Program-made: the position numbers and the translations under genes
Notes under the pieces: model-generated
What the model saw: only the letters and a program-made list of their open reading frames with translations
Told to the model about the DNA's origin: nothing
Databases searched by the model: none
DNA from: Haliangiales bacterium
Lineage (GTDB): Bacteria; Myxococcota_A; Polyangia; Haliangiales; Haliangiaceae
Direction of reading: 5' to 3'
Length of the DNA stretch: 64,000 bases
NCBI GenBank assembly: GCA_038321315.1
Contig: JBBQEX010000005.1
Span: 100,097-164,096 of the forward strand
Shown: in pieces, positions 50,576-61,300 of the stretch
Numbering within the stretch: the first letter of the stretch is position 1
How the letters are laid out: each line of letters begins with the position of its first letter

Positions 50576-51300
50576 CGATGCCGACTCCGGCTCCCGCGAG
50601 ATCCGATCCGCGCACCGCGATCATCGTCGCGGTCTGCGTGGTGTACGTCGTCGCGAACTGGATCCCGTTCGGCTCGACGGTCCTCTACCCGCTGACGCTG
50701 TTCACGACCTGGGTCCACGAGATGGGCCACGGGCTCACCGCGCTCCTGCTCGGCGGCGACTTTCACCAGCTCGAGATCTTCGCGAACGCTTCGGGCTTCG
50801 CGCGATTCTCGGTCGAGACCGACACCCAGGCAGGGCTGGTCGCGGCGGGTGGCCTGCTCGCGCCACCGATCCTCGGCAGCGCGATCGTCGCGTTCGTCCA
50901 CGGGCCGCGACGAGCACGCGTGCTGCTCGGCGCGCTCGCCGGCGCGCTCGCGCTGTCGATCGCGCTGTACGTCCGCTCGGTCACCGGCATCGTCGCGATG
51001 AGCCTGGTCGCCGCGTTCCTCGCGTGGGCGACCTGGCGCGGGCTCGCCCCGACGCGGCGCGTGTTGCTCGCGCAGGTGCTCGGCGTCCTGCTCGGGCTCG
51101 ACACGCTGACGCGCATGGTCCACTACGTGTTCACGGAGAGCGTCGTCGTCGACGGCAAGCGCTCCGCCTCCGACATCCGCAAGGTCGCCGACGGGCTGGG
51201 CGGCAGCTACGTGTTGTGGGGGCTCGCGATCACTGCGCTCGCGATCGGCATGCTCGCCGCCGCGATCTGGTGGGCGTGGCGCCGTCGCCCGGCGACGTAG
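50576..51300 (+). CDS. M50-family membrane metallopeptidase-like protein.
   Basis: 241 aa, polytopic, with HEMGHGLTALLLGG (HExxH within a TM helix, as in site-2 protease/M50B-like proteins). It begins 18 nt after the MFS stop. Confidence 0.55.
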
Positions 51301-51738
51301 TTACGGGCAGAGGTCGCCGAGGTTGTCGGGTGCGCCGGTCGCGCAGCCCGAGCCGTTCGGGAACGGACAGCAGACCCACGCGCACGCCGCGGTCGCCCCG
51401 ACCGTGATCTTCGCGGTGCTGGTGTCGCCGGCGACCGTGCCCGCGACGCCGGTGTTGCCGGTCGTGCCATCGACGTGGTGCCACATGTCCGGCCCGAGGA
51501 TGAACGTGCCGGCGCCCTTCGCGGTCAGCGTGATCTGCCCGGGTGGGACGTGCGTGGTGATCACCGCCGCGGTCGAGGCCGTGCCGCCGGCGACCGTGAC
51601 CGAGCACCAGCTGAATACGTTCTTGATCGTGAGTGTCGTGCCGGCCGGGCTGTCGACGCCGGCCTTGGGCGCATCGACCGTCTTGGTGCTATCGGAGCTG
51701 CAGCCGGCGACGGCGAGCGCAAAGACAAGAATTCGCAT
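51301..51738 (-). CDS. Lipoprotein of unknown function.
   Basis: MRILVFALAVAGCSSDS (lipobox VAGC). About 145 aa, Gly/Thr-rich, ending with a CAWVCCPFPNGSGC Cys cluster. Confidence 0.45.
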   Translation of the reverse strand: MRILVFALAVAGCSSDSTKTVDAPKAGVDSPAGTTLTIKNVFSWCSVTVAGGTASTAAVITTHVPPGQITLTAKGAGTFILGPDMWHHVDGTTGNTGVAGTVAGDTSTAKITVGATAACAWVCCPFPNGSGCATGAPDNLGDLCP

Positions 51739-51755
51739 CGGCGGAGCGTACACCG

Positions 51756-52310
51756 CTAGTCGAGGCGGCGAGCAATTCCCAGCGTGAGCGTGACGCTCTT
51801 GGTCCAGTGGTCGTCGAAGCCGTCGTGGAACTCGAGCGTGTCGACGATCGCGCGGAACCGCGTGTGCTCGCCCCCGACATCGAGGCCGAAGCTGGGGCCG
51901 ACGACGAGGCCGGCGTGGACCTCGGTCGCCAGCGCGGTGCCGAAGTCGTTCATGCCGTTCCAGGTCTGCGACTGATAGCCGACATCGAACTGGGCGAGCA
52001 CGCAGGCGCCACCGTGGTCATCCGCACACTGGCGCAGCTCGAGTCCCGCGCGCCCGTGCTCGAGCTCGCCGCCGCCGCTGAAATCGCCGGCCTGGCCGAT
52101 CGCCGCGACGCCGTGCGCGTAGAGCGGGATCTCGGGCGTCAGGCGCACCGTGCCCTCGAAGCTGATCGCGCTCTCGAACGCGTTGCCGTCAGCCCCGAGC
52201 ATCAGCGCGGCGCCGATGCTGCCTCGATCGACCGCTGGAGCCTCGTCGGCATGTGCGATCCGGGCGATCGAGCAACCGACAACCACGAAGGCGGTGGCGA
52301 GCTTTTCCAT
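51756..52310 (-). CDS. Secreted hypothetical protein, possibly a small beta-barrel.
   Basis: The signal peptide is MEKLATAFVVVGCSIARIAHA. 184 aa with an alternating hydrophobic pattern. Confidence 0.4.
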   Translation of the reverse strand: MEKLATAFVVVGCSIARIAHADEAPAVDRGSIGAALMLGADGNAFESAISFEGTVRLTPEIPLYAHGVAAIGQAGDFSGGGELEHGRAGLELRQCADDHGGACVLAQFDVGYQSQTWNGMNDFGTALATEVHAGLVVGPSFGLDVGGEHTRFRAIVDTLEFHDGFDDHWTKSVTLTLGIARRLD

Positions 52311-52385
52311 GGCAGGGACTCACGCAAGCCACGGACCACGGTGCAAGTAGGCATTGCCTCGTCGCACACCGGTCGGAGTTCACCA

Positions 52386-53375
52386 CTATTCGGCGGGTTC
52401 GAAGTCCAGCGGGTAGGTCACCTGCACGATGTCGGCCGGCGCGGGGAACTGCAGCGTCTTGAAGCGCTGCGCGATGCAGGTATCGACCGTCGGATCGAAG
52501 CCACTCGCGGTCGCCGCGGTCACCGCGCCGGTGTGATCGATCGTGAACGTCACGACGACCTTGCCGTGGACGTTGGGGTCGCGCTGCAGCGCGGTCTCGT
52601 AGCACAGCCGCAATCCGCCGAAGTTCGCGCGCACGATCCGCGAGATCACCTCGGGCGGGACCGAGCCCTTCACCGTCGCGGTGCCGGGCTTGATCGTCGG
52701 TGCCTTCGGGGTGTGATTGCCGCCCAGCCTGCCGTTGCCGGTGCCGTAGCCGGTGCCGGTGCCGGTGCCGCCGCCGTGGCCGATCGTGCCGATCTGCCCG
52801 AGGCCGATGCCTTCGCCCTTACCGCCGCCACCCTGGCCGGTGCCGACGAGGCCGAGGCCGCCGCCGCCGGGGGCGCCGTCGAGCCCACCGGTGGCCGGCG
52901 GCGGTGGGGGCTTGGTCGTCGGTGTCGTGGTGTGCGCTGGTGCGGTCTTCGGCGTGACCACCGTGGATGCCGCGGTGTCGATCGCGCTGTGCTCGTCGTG
53001 GCGACCGGCCGCCGAGGTGTCGCCGGCGACCGCGGTCGCGAGGTGCTCGGCCTTCGGCAGGCCCCACGCGACCGACTCCTTCACCGCGCCGCTGCGACCG
53101 GCGCCGAGGCTCCATCGCGCGTTGTTGTGTGCGAGCTCGATCGTGACGCTCGCGTCGGCGGTGGTGGTGACCACGTCGTCGCTGCTGACCTCGCCGCCGA
53201 GCGCGAGGTCGCGCGTCGCGCCGGCGCGCGTCGCGGTGACCTTGCCGGTGAGCTCGACCACCGTGCCGGCCTTCGCCGTCGCGACGGGCACGGGCGCGGG
53301 CGTGACTTCCTCGCTCGACTTCGAGCAGGCCGGCGCGATCAGCGCGAGAGCCAGGACGAGCTTCGGGAACGGCAT
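52386..53375 (-). CDS. Lipoprotein with a Gly/Pro/Thr-rich linker and an AgmX/PglI(TonB_C)-like C-terminal domain.
   Basis: Start MPFPKLVLALALIAPACSKSS (lipobox). Low-complexity TTPTTKPPPPPATGG...GGGTGTGTGYGTGNG region. C-terminus ..VKGSVPPEVISRIVRANFGGLRLCYETALQRDPNVHGKVVVTFTIDHTGAV.., which is TonB_C/AgmX-like. Confidence 0.55.
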   Translation of the reverse strand: MPFPKLVLALALIAPACSKSSEEVTPAPVPVATAKAGTVVELTGKVTATRAGATRDLALGGEVSSDDVVTTTADASVTIELAHNNARWSLGAGRSGAVKESVAWGLPKAEHLATAVAGDTSAAGRHDEHSAIDTAASTVVTPKTAPAHTTTPTTKPPPPPATGGLDGAPGGGGLGLVGTGQGGGGKGEGIGLGQIGTIGHGGGTGTGTGYGTGNGRLGGNHTPKAPTIKPGTATVKGSVPPEVISRIVRANFGGLRLCYETALQRDPNVHGKVVVTFTIDHTGAVTAATASGFDPTVDTCIAQRFKTLQFPAPADIVQVTYPLDFEPAE

Positions 53376-53406
53376 CGCCTCGAGGATAGCACCCGCCTTC
53401 GTCAGT

Positions 53407-54432
53407 TCACGGCGTGACCGTCGTCGTGTTGGTCGCGGCCGTCCAGTGGACGTGGCCGTGCTCGAAGTCAGCGCCGCGCCCGTCGGTCTCGACGTACTCG
53501 TCGGAGGTCGGGTAGCCGAGTCGTCCGGTCTCCCAGCCGGCATCTTTCCACGCGTCGCGGATCCGGCCGTGGACCTCGTGCGCGCCGAGCTGCGGGGTCC
53601 AGTAGATCGAGCCGCGCTCGAACACCGTGTAGCGCCCGACGTGGTCGGGCGAGCCGCGCTCCTCGGTGATTGGCGCGCCGACCGTGCCGCCGCAGCCGCC
53701 GAGTGCGTCGAACTTCTCGCCGATCTTGCCGACCACCGCGTCGCGCGCGCAGTCGGCGAGGGCGGTGTAGCCCTTCGGCGGGATCAGCGTGGCGACCTGA
53801 TCGAACGGGAGCCAGTACTGCTGGTTGCCGCCGAAGTTCGCCGAGTCCGCGACGTAGACCTGGCGCGTGTCGGGGTTGTAGCCGGTGAGCGAGATGTAGT
53901 GATAGATCGTCGAGCTCGGGTAGCCGGGTGGATGATTGCTCGGCGGCGCGACGATGTTCGCGACCATCGGGAAGCCGTCGTCGACCGCGCGCACCAGGTC
54001 GTGCCACAGGAGATCGCGCTGATTTGCGGTCGGCGGATCGCTCGGCATCTCGCGCGTCGTGTACCAGCCGGCCTTGAGGTTCGCGTTCAACACGCCGGTG
54101 ACCTGGCCGATCCAGTCGGTGCCGTTCGTCGTCGTGCCGAGCTGGTTCGCCAGCGCGGCTTGACCCGGCGGCGCGATCCGCGCCGACAGCGTCATGTCGG
54201 TCGCGGTCGGGCCGCACCAGTACGACGTCGTCTGCACCTCGTAGCGAACGCCGAGCACGCGCCAGGTCGCCGCGTGCGGGGTGAAGTCGGCGCCCTGCGT
54301 TCCGGATCCATCGCCGGGATCGGGCGTGGCCCCGGTTCCCGGATCGGGCGGTGCGGTCATCGGATCGTCGTCCGTCGGCGCGCCGGCGCAACCGATCAGG
54401 GCGAGCGTGGAGAGCAGCGTCAGGCGAGTCAT
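53407..54432 (-). CDS. Lipoprotein: a papain-like (Peptidase_C39_2-like) cysteine peptidase domain plus C-terminal LGFP repeats.
   Basis: Start MTRLTLLSTLALIGCAG. ..TSYWCGPTATDMTL.. and ..IYHYISLTGYNP.. are the C39-like Cys/His motifs. C-terminus GRYTVFERGSIYWTPQLGAHEVHGRIRDAWKDAGWETGRLGYPTSDEY (LGFP repeats). Confidence 0.55.
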   Translation of the reverse strand: MTRLTLLSTLALIGCAGAPTDDDPMTAPPDPGTGATPDPGDGSGTQGADFTPHAATWRVLGVRYEVQTTSYWCGPTATDMTLSARIAPPGQAALANQLGTTTNGTDWIGQVTGVLNANLKAGWYTTREMPSDPPTANQRDLLWHDLVRAVDDGFPMVANIVAPPSNHPPGYPSSTIYHYISLTGYNPDTRQVYVADSANFGGNQQYWLPFDQVATLIPPKGYTALADCARDAVVGKIGEKFDALGGCGGTVGAPITEERGSPDHVGRYTVFERGSIYWTPQLGAHEVHGRIRDAWKDAGWETGRLGYPTSDEYVETDGRGADFEHGHVHWTAATNTTTVTP

Positions 54433-55490
54433 GGTGCGGTTCCATTCGTGAGGGTGATCGCGGATTGATCGGTCGCCTGGGTCCAGGTGATCGAGCCATG
54501 CTGGAAATCGGAGCGGCGGCCGCCGGCGACGGCGTACTCGTCGGAGATCGGATAGCCGAGCTCGCCGGTCTCCCAGCCGGCGGCCTTCCACGCGTCGCGG
54601 ATCCGGCCGTGGACCTCGAACGCGCCGAGCTGCGGCGTCCAGTAGATCGAGCCGCGCTCGAACACGCTGTACCGACCGACGTTATCGGGTGCGCCGGTCT
54701 CCGCGGTGGTCGGTGCACCGAGGATCGAGCCGCAGCCGCCGAGCGCGAGGTACTTGCGTTCGATCTCGCCGACCGCGGCAGGCGAGTTGCCGCAGCGCGT
54801 GCCGGCGTTGGCCGTCCAGAAGCCAAGCCCACCGGGCTCGCTGATCGCGAGCTGATAGCCGTCGGAGTAGGTGCGGTAGCGATCGTTCCAGCAGCTCCAG
54901 CCGGGCTGGCAGCCGTTGTAGTAGCGGACCACCGTGCTGATCCATTGATCGACCAGCGCGTGGTTGTTCGGATCGAAGCGACCGATCCATGCGCGCGCCT
55001 TGTCGTCGGTCTCGGCGTCGGTGGTGTAGGCCGAGATCTTGACCATCCACGTCGCGTAGTCGAACGCGTGCGTGGTCTGACCGGCGACCGTCAGCACGTC
55101 GTTGCTGTACTTGTTCAACGTGTCGGTGAACGTGCCGGCGTCGAACTGGAACATGCCGAGGCCACCCTGGTGAGCGCTGCATGGGCCGTCGGCGGCGCCG
55201 GCGATCACCGGGCCGCCACCGCAGTCGGGCGAATTCGGACCCTGACAGGCCCACGTCGCCTCGGACCAGCACATCGCGAGGCCGGTCTCGTCGTTCGCGA
55301 TCCCGGCGAGCAGGTACGCGTTGCCGATACCCCGCGCGCGCGCCGCGTCGCGGATCGCGGCGTAGCGCGGCAACTTCGCGTTGGTCGACAGCGCCGCGTT
55401 TTCGGGCGGCGTGTCATCGGGCGTGGCGGACGGGTCGCCGACCGAGCAACCGGCGAGGACGATCGAGAACAACGTGGGGGTTCGGTTCAC
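54429..55490 (-). CDS. Lipoprotein: a lysozyme/lytic-transglycosylase-like N-terminal domain plus C-terminal LGFP repeats.
   Basis: MNRTPTLFSIVLAGCSVG. ..NDETGLAMCW..GGLGMFQFDAGTF..ISAYTT.. resembles the SLT/GH23 E-S / GLMQ / AYN motifs (weak). The C-terminal ~110 aa are nearly identical to the downstream paralogue (GRYSVFERGSIYWTPQLGAFEVHGRIRDAWKAAGWETGELGYPISDEY). The stop overlaps the paralogue start (ATGA). Confidence 0.5.
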   Translation of the reverse strand: MNRTPTLFSIVLAGCSVGDPSATPDDTPPENAALSTNAKLPRYAAIRDAARARGIGNAYLLAGIANDETGLAMCWSEATWACQGPNSPDCGGGPVIAGAADGPCSAHQGGLGMFQFDAGTFTDTLNKYSNDVLTVAGQTTHAFDYATWMVKISAYTTDAETDDKARAWIGRFDPNNHALVDQWISTVVRYYNGCQPGWSCWNDRYRTYSDGYQLAISEPGGLGFWTANAGTRCGNSPAAVGEIERKYLALGGCGSILGAPTTAETGAPDNVGRYSVFERGSIYWTPQLGAFEVHGRIRDAWKAAGWETGELGYPISDEYAVAGGRRSDFQHGSITWTQATDQSAITLTNGTAP

Positions 55491-55609
55491 GCCATGTAGG
55501 TATACAAGTCGTATACCAAAGTGAAGCCTGCGAGATCAGGGCGGCGCCGGGAGATGATCGGGGAGTGCAGACCTCGATCGGTGACGACCCTGCAACCCAC
55601 CGTGTGCGA

Positions 55610-56518
55610 TCAGTGCGGCGCGTTCGCCAGCACCATCGTCCAGTGAAACACGCCGCGTGCGCCGAGCGCGCGGATCCCGAGTTCGGGGTTCGCCGATGCG
55701 CTGTTCGAGCTCTTGGTGAGCTCGGTGGGCGTCGCGCGGCAGCGGTAGACCTGGTCGGTCTTGGTGATCGCGGTGGCGTAGGGCGTGTCGAGTGCGAGCG
55801 GGTGGCCGGCGCTGGCGAGCGAGGTCTCGTAGCTCGTGTTGACCAGCGCGATCCGCGAATCGCCGCCGCTCGTGAGGACGAGCTCGCACGCGATCGCGTC
55901 GCTGACCACGCCCATGCCGGCCGCATACGGCGGCGGGTTCGCGAGCGCCGCCGCGGTGAACGCGGCGACCACGCTGAACCGGGTCGCGACCGGCGCGGGT
56001 AGCTCGAGCATCGCCCGCGCGCCGACGCCGAGATCCACGCTCGCGCCGTCGTCGACGATCGTCCACGTCCCGGTGGCATGCCAGCGATCGAGCCCGTGGC
56101 GGAAGCTGTCGAACACGACGATCGAGTCGCCCGGCGTCGCCGGATCGGGGTCGCACTCGTCGGACACGCCGTCACCGTCGCTGTCGATCGGAGCGTCGTT
56201 CGCGTACGGCGGGCAGGGGTCGCACGCGTCGCCGAAGCGGTCGCCGTCGTAGTTGTCCTGATCGGGGTTCGCGACCGATGGGCAGTTGTCCGCGCCATCC
56301 GAAATCCCATCGCCATCGGTGTCGACGGTCATGTCGGGGACGACCTCGGCCATCGCATCGGGGGCCGCGTGCGACAGGCACGCGAAGCCGGTGCCGGTCG
56401 CGCGGCAGGCCTGGTCGTCGGGGCATGCCGGCCGCGCCGGATCGCACGGCACGTCGGATGGCGCGTGAGGCGCGAAGCACCCCGCGACGAGCACCAGCGC
56501 TGCCATCGACGTATACAT
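55610..56518 (-). CDS. Lipoprotein with thrombospondin type-3 (calcium-binding) repeats.
   Basis: MAALVLVAGCFA. DTDGDGISDGADNCPSVANPDQDNYDGDRFGDACDPCP..DSDGDGVSDECDPDP are TSP3 Asp-rich repeats. Confidence 0.6.
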   Translation of the reverse strand: MYTSMAALVLVAGCFAPHAPSDVPCDPARPACPDDQACRATGTGFACLSHAAPDAMAEVVPDMTVDTDGDGISDGADNCPSVANPDQDNYDGDRFGDACDPCPPYANDAPIDSDGDGVSDECDPDPATPGDSIVVFDSFRHGLDRWHATGTWTIVDDGASVDLGVGARAMLELPAPVATRFSVVAAFTAAALANPPPYAAGMGVVSDAIACELVLTSGGDSRIALVNTSYETSLASAGHPLALDTPYATAITKTDQVYRCRATPTELTKSSNSASANPELGIRALGARGVFHWTMVLANAPH

Positions 56519-56575
56519 GATGTCTACGAGACATATACATAGCGTCTACCAGCGACGGATGTCAAGCTCGGTGTG

Positions 56576-58390
56576 TTACCGGCCCGGATGTAGGATCTCG
56601 TCGATCCGTGCCTTCAACGCGTTGTCGCTGGTCTGCTGGGCGAGCGCGATCAGGGCGTCGGCGACCTTCGGGTTGTCGGCGAGGTGAGGCCCGAGGACGC
56701 TGGTCGCCTCGCCGCCGGCGTCGGCAGGGAGCCGTCCGTCCCGAACCACACCGGCGAGACGCGTGACCGTCGCGAGCTCGAGCTCGCGATGGCCGAGCGT
56801 GGTCCACGCGGTCCGTGCGACGGTCGCCTCCGGGTCGGCGGCGAGCGCACCGAGCGCGGCCTCGGCCTCGGGCGTCTTGGCGTCGCGCAGCGCGACCGCG
56901 ACCTGCGCGCGCACCTCGGGATCGCGATCGGTCGCGAGCGCCGCGATCGCGCCGACGTCGTCGGGCAGGCCGGCATTGCCGAGCGCGGCGAGCAGCGTGC
57001 GCTTGGCATCGGGGGTCCTGGCCTCGGCGAGCTCCTTGCGAAAGCGCGCGGTGTAGCCACGCGCGGTCGCGAGATCTCCGCTGTCGGCGAGATGCCCGGC
57101 CAGCGAGCCGAGCGTGTAGAGCGCCGCGGTCTCGAGTGGGCGATCGCCGGTCGTCGCCGCGTCGGCGCGCAGCTTGTCGATGAACGGCGCCGACTCGGCC
57201 GCGGGCTGCTCGACGATCGAGAACCGCTCGACGAACGCGAGGTACGCCGTGGGATCGGTGCGCGCGGTTTCGGACTCGAGGATCGCGCGCATCGCCTCTT
57301 GGGCCGGCCCGCTGCCGGCCGAGGTCAACAGATCGAGGATCATGCCGCGACCGGTCAGGTTGATCTCCGGATCCTCGAACAGGTCGCGCAGCTGATCGCA
57401 CAGCTCCGGGTGGAGCTGGAGCAGCGCGACCGCACGGACCGCCCACGTGTTGTTGACGCCGAGCTTGCCGGTCAGCGCCGAGATCCGCAGCTGATCGAGG
57501 AGCGCCTCGCCGGTGAGGCCGTCGATCCGCCGCTCGAGGGCCTCGCGCTGATAGCTCGTGGTCGCGTCGACCAGGTGGGCCTCGTCGATCGCCGCCTCGA
57601 CGCCCGCGCCGGCATGGACATCGACGAGCGCGATCGCGAAGTGCGACTGGACGTCGAGCATCGTGCTGCCATCGGGGCGCCGGCTCGCGAGCGTCTCGCG
57701 ATCGTCGAGCGACGCGACGTGGCCATCCGCGAGGTCGATCGAGGCGCTCGCGCTGAGGGTCGGGCGACACTCCGAGCACAGCCCGGCGGGCAGCGCGTCG
57801 AGCGTGCGATAGCTGACCCGATCGCGGACCAGCGCGTCGTCGTGGCGATGATAGTGGACGCGCGCGCGTCCACTCGGGCCCTGCTCGACGACGTCCCAGT
57901 CGGCGCCGGTCCGCAGCGTGACGATAGCCTGCGGCGCGATCGCGCTCATCGCGGCGCGAAACAGCGGCGGCGCGTCGGGGTCGAAGCGAACCGCGGCGAG
58001 GCTGCCATCGGCGCGCAGCGAGATGTAGGCGGCGCGGCCGGTGAACGTCGCCTGCACCGTCGCGTCGTCGGGGAACAGCTCGCGGCCGAGCACGCTCCAG
58101 CGATGGCGCTCGAGCTGCGGCACGCTGATCGCCAGCAGCGTCGTGTCGCCGCGCCTGCCGAGCGATCGCAGCTCGAGCTGGCCGTCGAGATCGACGTCGC
58201 CATCGGTGGCGGGGATCCCGATCGTCGCGTCGCCTTGCATGTGGGTCCGGGCCTGCCACGCCAGCGTGTAGACGTAGCGCTGGCCGAGCGGCCACGCGAG
58301 CGTCGCGCCGTCGGGCTCGCCGCGCGAGCGCAGCGCCGCGACGAGCGCGATCGCGCCGACCAGCCCGCCGATCGCGAGGCGCTTCTTCAC
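56576..58390 (-). CDS. Secreted HEAT/PBS-lyase-repeat protein.
   Basis: The GTG start (VKKRLAIGGLVGAIALVAA signal) overlaps the stop of the upstream FG-GAP gene (GTGA). C-terminal HEAT-like repeats: ..TDRDPEVRAQVAVALRDAKTPEAEAALGALAADPEATVARTAWTTLG... The upstream part of the 945-aa ORF is run-through. Confidence 0.55.
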   Translation of the reverse strand: MKKRLAIGGLVGAIALVAALRSRGEPDGATLAWPLGQRYVYTLAWQARTHMQGDATIGIPATDGDVDLDGQLELRSLGRRGDTTLLAISVPQLERHRWSVLGRELFPDDATVQATFTGRAAYISLRADGSLAAVRFDPDAPPLFRAAMSAIAPQAIVTLRTGADWDVVEQGPSGRARVHYHRHDDALVRDRVSYRTLDALPAGLCSECRPTLSASASIDLADGHVASLDDRETLASRRPDGSTMLDVQSHFAIALVDVHAGAGVEAAIDEAHLVDATTSYQREALERRIDGLTGEALLDQLRISALTGKLGVNNTWAVRAVALLQLHPELCDQLRDLFEDPEINLTGRGMILDLLTSAGSGPAQEAMRAILESETARTDPTAYLAFVERFSIVEQPAAESAPFIDKLRADAATTGDRPLETAALYTLGSLAGHLADSGDLATARGYTARFRKELAEARTPDAKRTLLAALGNAGLPDDVGAIAALATDRDPEVRAQVAVALRDAKTPEAEAALGALAADPEATVARTAWTTLGHRELELATVTRLAGVVRDGRLPADAGGEATSVLGPHLADNPKVADALIALAQQTSDNALKARIDEILHPGR

Positions 58391-61300
58391 AGGTTCCTCG
58401 GAGAGAACTCGCGCTTGAGCGCCGGCATGTTGATGTGGAGCTCGCGATTCCACATCACGTGATCGAGTGGCAGGCCGTGCCACGAGAAGATCTCGGCCTC
58501 CGCGGTATCGATCAGGTAGTCGACGAACACGCTGATCTTGCCGTCGAGCAGCCGCGTGTGGATGCTCGCGTCGGTGTAGACGTCGAGCACCACGGCGTCG
58601 ACCGGACCGGACAACGAGGCCGAGACGTTGAACGGCAGGTCGAGGCTGGCCACCATGACCACGCCGCGCACGCCGACCGAGAGTCCGGGGACGCCGATCC
58701 CGAGGCTGCCGACCGCGTCGATCTTCGCTTTCGGCTCGAAGTGGAGCTGGAGCTTCTCGACCCCGCCGCTGACCGGGCCCGCGACGTCGAACGAGCTCGT
58801 GTAGCCGTAGTTGGCAGCGACGCCGAGCGACACGTAGCACGGGATGCCGAACACGGTGAACGGCTTGGTCGTGTTGTAGATGGTGACGCGATTGTCGTAG
58901 TTCGGTCCTTCGTAGGTCTGGTTGTTCGCGTAAACGCGCTCGAACGGCTCGATGATCTGCTTGTCCATGAAGATCAGGTGGCCCTTGATGTCGGCCGCGT
59001 GACCGTCGTGCCCGGCCGACGCCTCGAACGCGCCGTCGACCACGGTGTAGGTGTGGGCCAGGATCCCGTCCTCGACCGAGTTGACCGCGCCCTGCAGGAG
59101 ATCGCCGGGGTTGTAGCTCGCCGTCCCTGCCGTCGGGATCTTGATCAGCTCGGCGGGATCCGGGACGCTCGTGCGCGGCACCGTGAACGACGCGTACGCG
59201 TAGACCTTCGCGTCGGTGTCGACCGAGTCGACCTTCGTCTTGGTCGACTTGTTGACGGTCAGCGTCCAGCCCCCACCGTAATCCCAGCGGGCCTCGAGGA
59301 AGCCGCGGAGGCCGTAGCGCTGGCCGTCCTGCGGAAACGACAGCGCCAGCGTGCTGCGCGTCGCCAGCGTGTCGGCGAGCGGGTCGAGCGCGGCGGGGGT
59401 TTGCCACGGCCACGTCTGGGCCTCGGCATCCATCCGGGCACGCTGGCGCCCGAACGCATCCTCGAGCGTGCGCAGGCTGGCCAGGTCACTCGCGGTCAGG
59501 TTGCTGCCGGTCCCGTTGCTCGCGTCGGCGAAGTCGCTCGGCGTGAACGAATCGATACACTTCTGGTAGGTCGCCGCGCGGGCGGTGCCGAGGATCCCGG
59601 CGTACTCGCGCACGAACGCCTTGGGCGACCAGTCGCACTTCTTGCTGTCGAGCGCGAGGCATCCGTGATCGACGAGGCCCGAGCGCGGGTCCTTGTGATT
59701 CCATTCGATGCGGAGCGTGTACTCGAGCTCGGTGATCGCGTTGCGCAGCCGGCCGTCGAGGACACTGGTGCAGGTGACACCCCGATCGTCAGGCCCGAAG
59801 ACCGGTGGACACGGTCCGTTCGTGCACGTGCAGTGCTGCGTCTTGTAGAAGCCGCGGAGGGCGACCTCGACCGCGTCGACCTGCGCGAGCGCGTTCTGAT
59901 AGTTGACGACGCGCGTGTCGATCGCGGCACGCTCGTCGAGGTTGATCGGCCCCTGGGCGTCGTGCATCTGCTGCTGCCAGGCCCATCGATCCGAGGTGTC
60001 GTAGGGTTGCGTGATGCCGGTGGCGATCGCCGCCTTGATCGCGTCGAGGTCCGCCTGGCCTTCGGCGTCGTATCCCGGGACGAGCTGGAACATGTCGGCG
60101 ACGCTCTCGGTGAAGAACGGGTTCTTCACCTGCGTGGTCGGGACGATCACGGTCGCGTCCTGGCGCTGACCCGAGCTCGCCTGGGTCTGGAACATCAGGC
60201 CATGGCGGGACGCGCGATCGTTGGCGTCATCCATCGTGAGGTAGAAGCCGAGGCCCGGGTTGGAGCCCGACATCGCGACGCCGTAGATGCACTCGTCGTC
60301 GCCGAGACAGGTCGCGGCCGCCTCCTCGAAGCGCGCGTAGTCGTAGTAGCGCTTGTACGCGTACTCCTTGCAGCTGGTGATCGCCGTGCCGTGCGCTTCC
60401 CAGTCGGGGTGCTGGGGCGCGAGGTTCGCGCCGTGAGCGAGCCCGAGTGACCGCGCCGTGATGAAGCTCCCGATCGGATCGGCGCCGGCGATCGCGGCGG
60501 TGTCGAACGCCTGGTAGTGCGCGTTGTCGGCGAACATGTCGATCCGCGCCACCGGCAACAGCGGCTTCATGTCGTGCGGCTCGAGGATCGTCGCCGTCGC
60601 GGTCCCGCTCAGCGAGTTGTGGAACTTGTCGATCGCGGCGGCCTCGCACACGGTCTTCTTCGCCGCGGAGCACGAGCTCTCCTGATACGCCTGGTTCGCG
60701 CAGGTCAACAGCGACGGCGCGGGATCGCACCATCCGGGCGCGTGCTGCACGCCGCGTCCGGGTGACGACAACGCGCCGACCGGCTGCGCGCCCGACTGGG
60801 CGGCGAGCTGCGGGATATCGAGCGTGGTGGCGTTGGTGGTGCGGAACGTGCCATCGCCGTTCGAGAACCCGACCGGGACCGTCGTCCATCCCGCCGCGCC
60901 GGTGAGCGCGATATCGCCGAACCCGTCGCCGTTGAAGTCGCCGCCGATGGCCCGCGCGCCGGCCTGCGCCGCGTACACCGGGAGATCCGCGACGGTGCGA
61001 TTCATGTCGCGGAACCCACCGTCGCCGTTCGACAGCGCGACCGGCACCGTGGTCCAGTTGACGCCGCCGACGAGCGCGATGTCACCGCGGCCGTCGCCGT
61101 CGAAGTCGCCCGCGACCGGCATCGCGCCGGTCTGCCCCGCATAGACCGGGAAATTCGACACCCACGAGTTGGTCACACCGAACGAGCCGTTGCCGTTCGA
61201 GAACGCCACCGGGATCGTGTTCCAGCCCTGGCCGCCGACGAGCGCGAGATCACCGCGGCCGTCGCCGTTGAAGTCGCCGGCGACTGGACGACTGCCCTGT

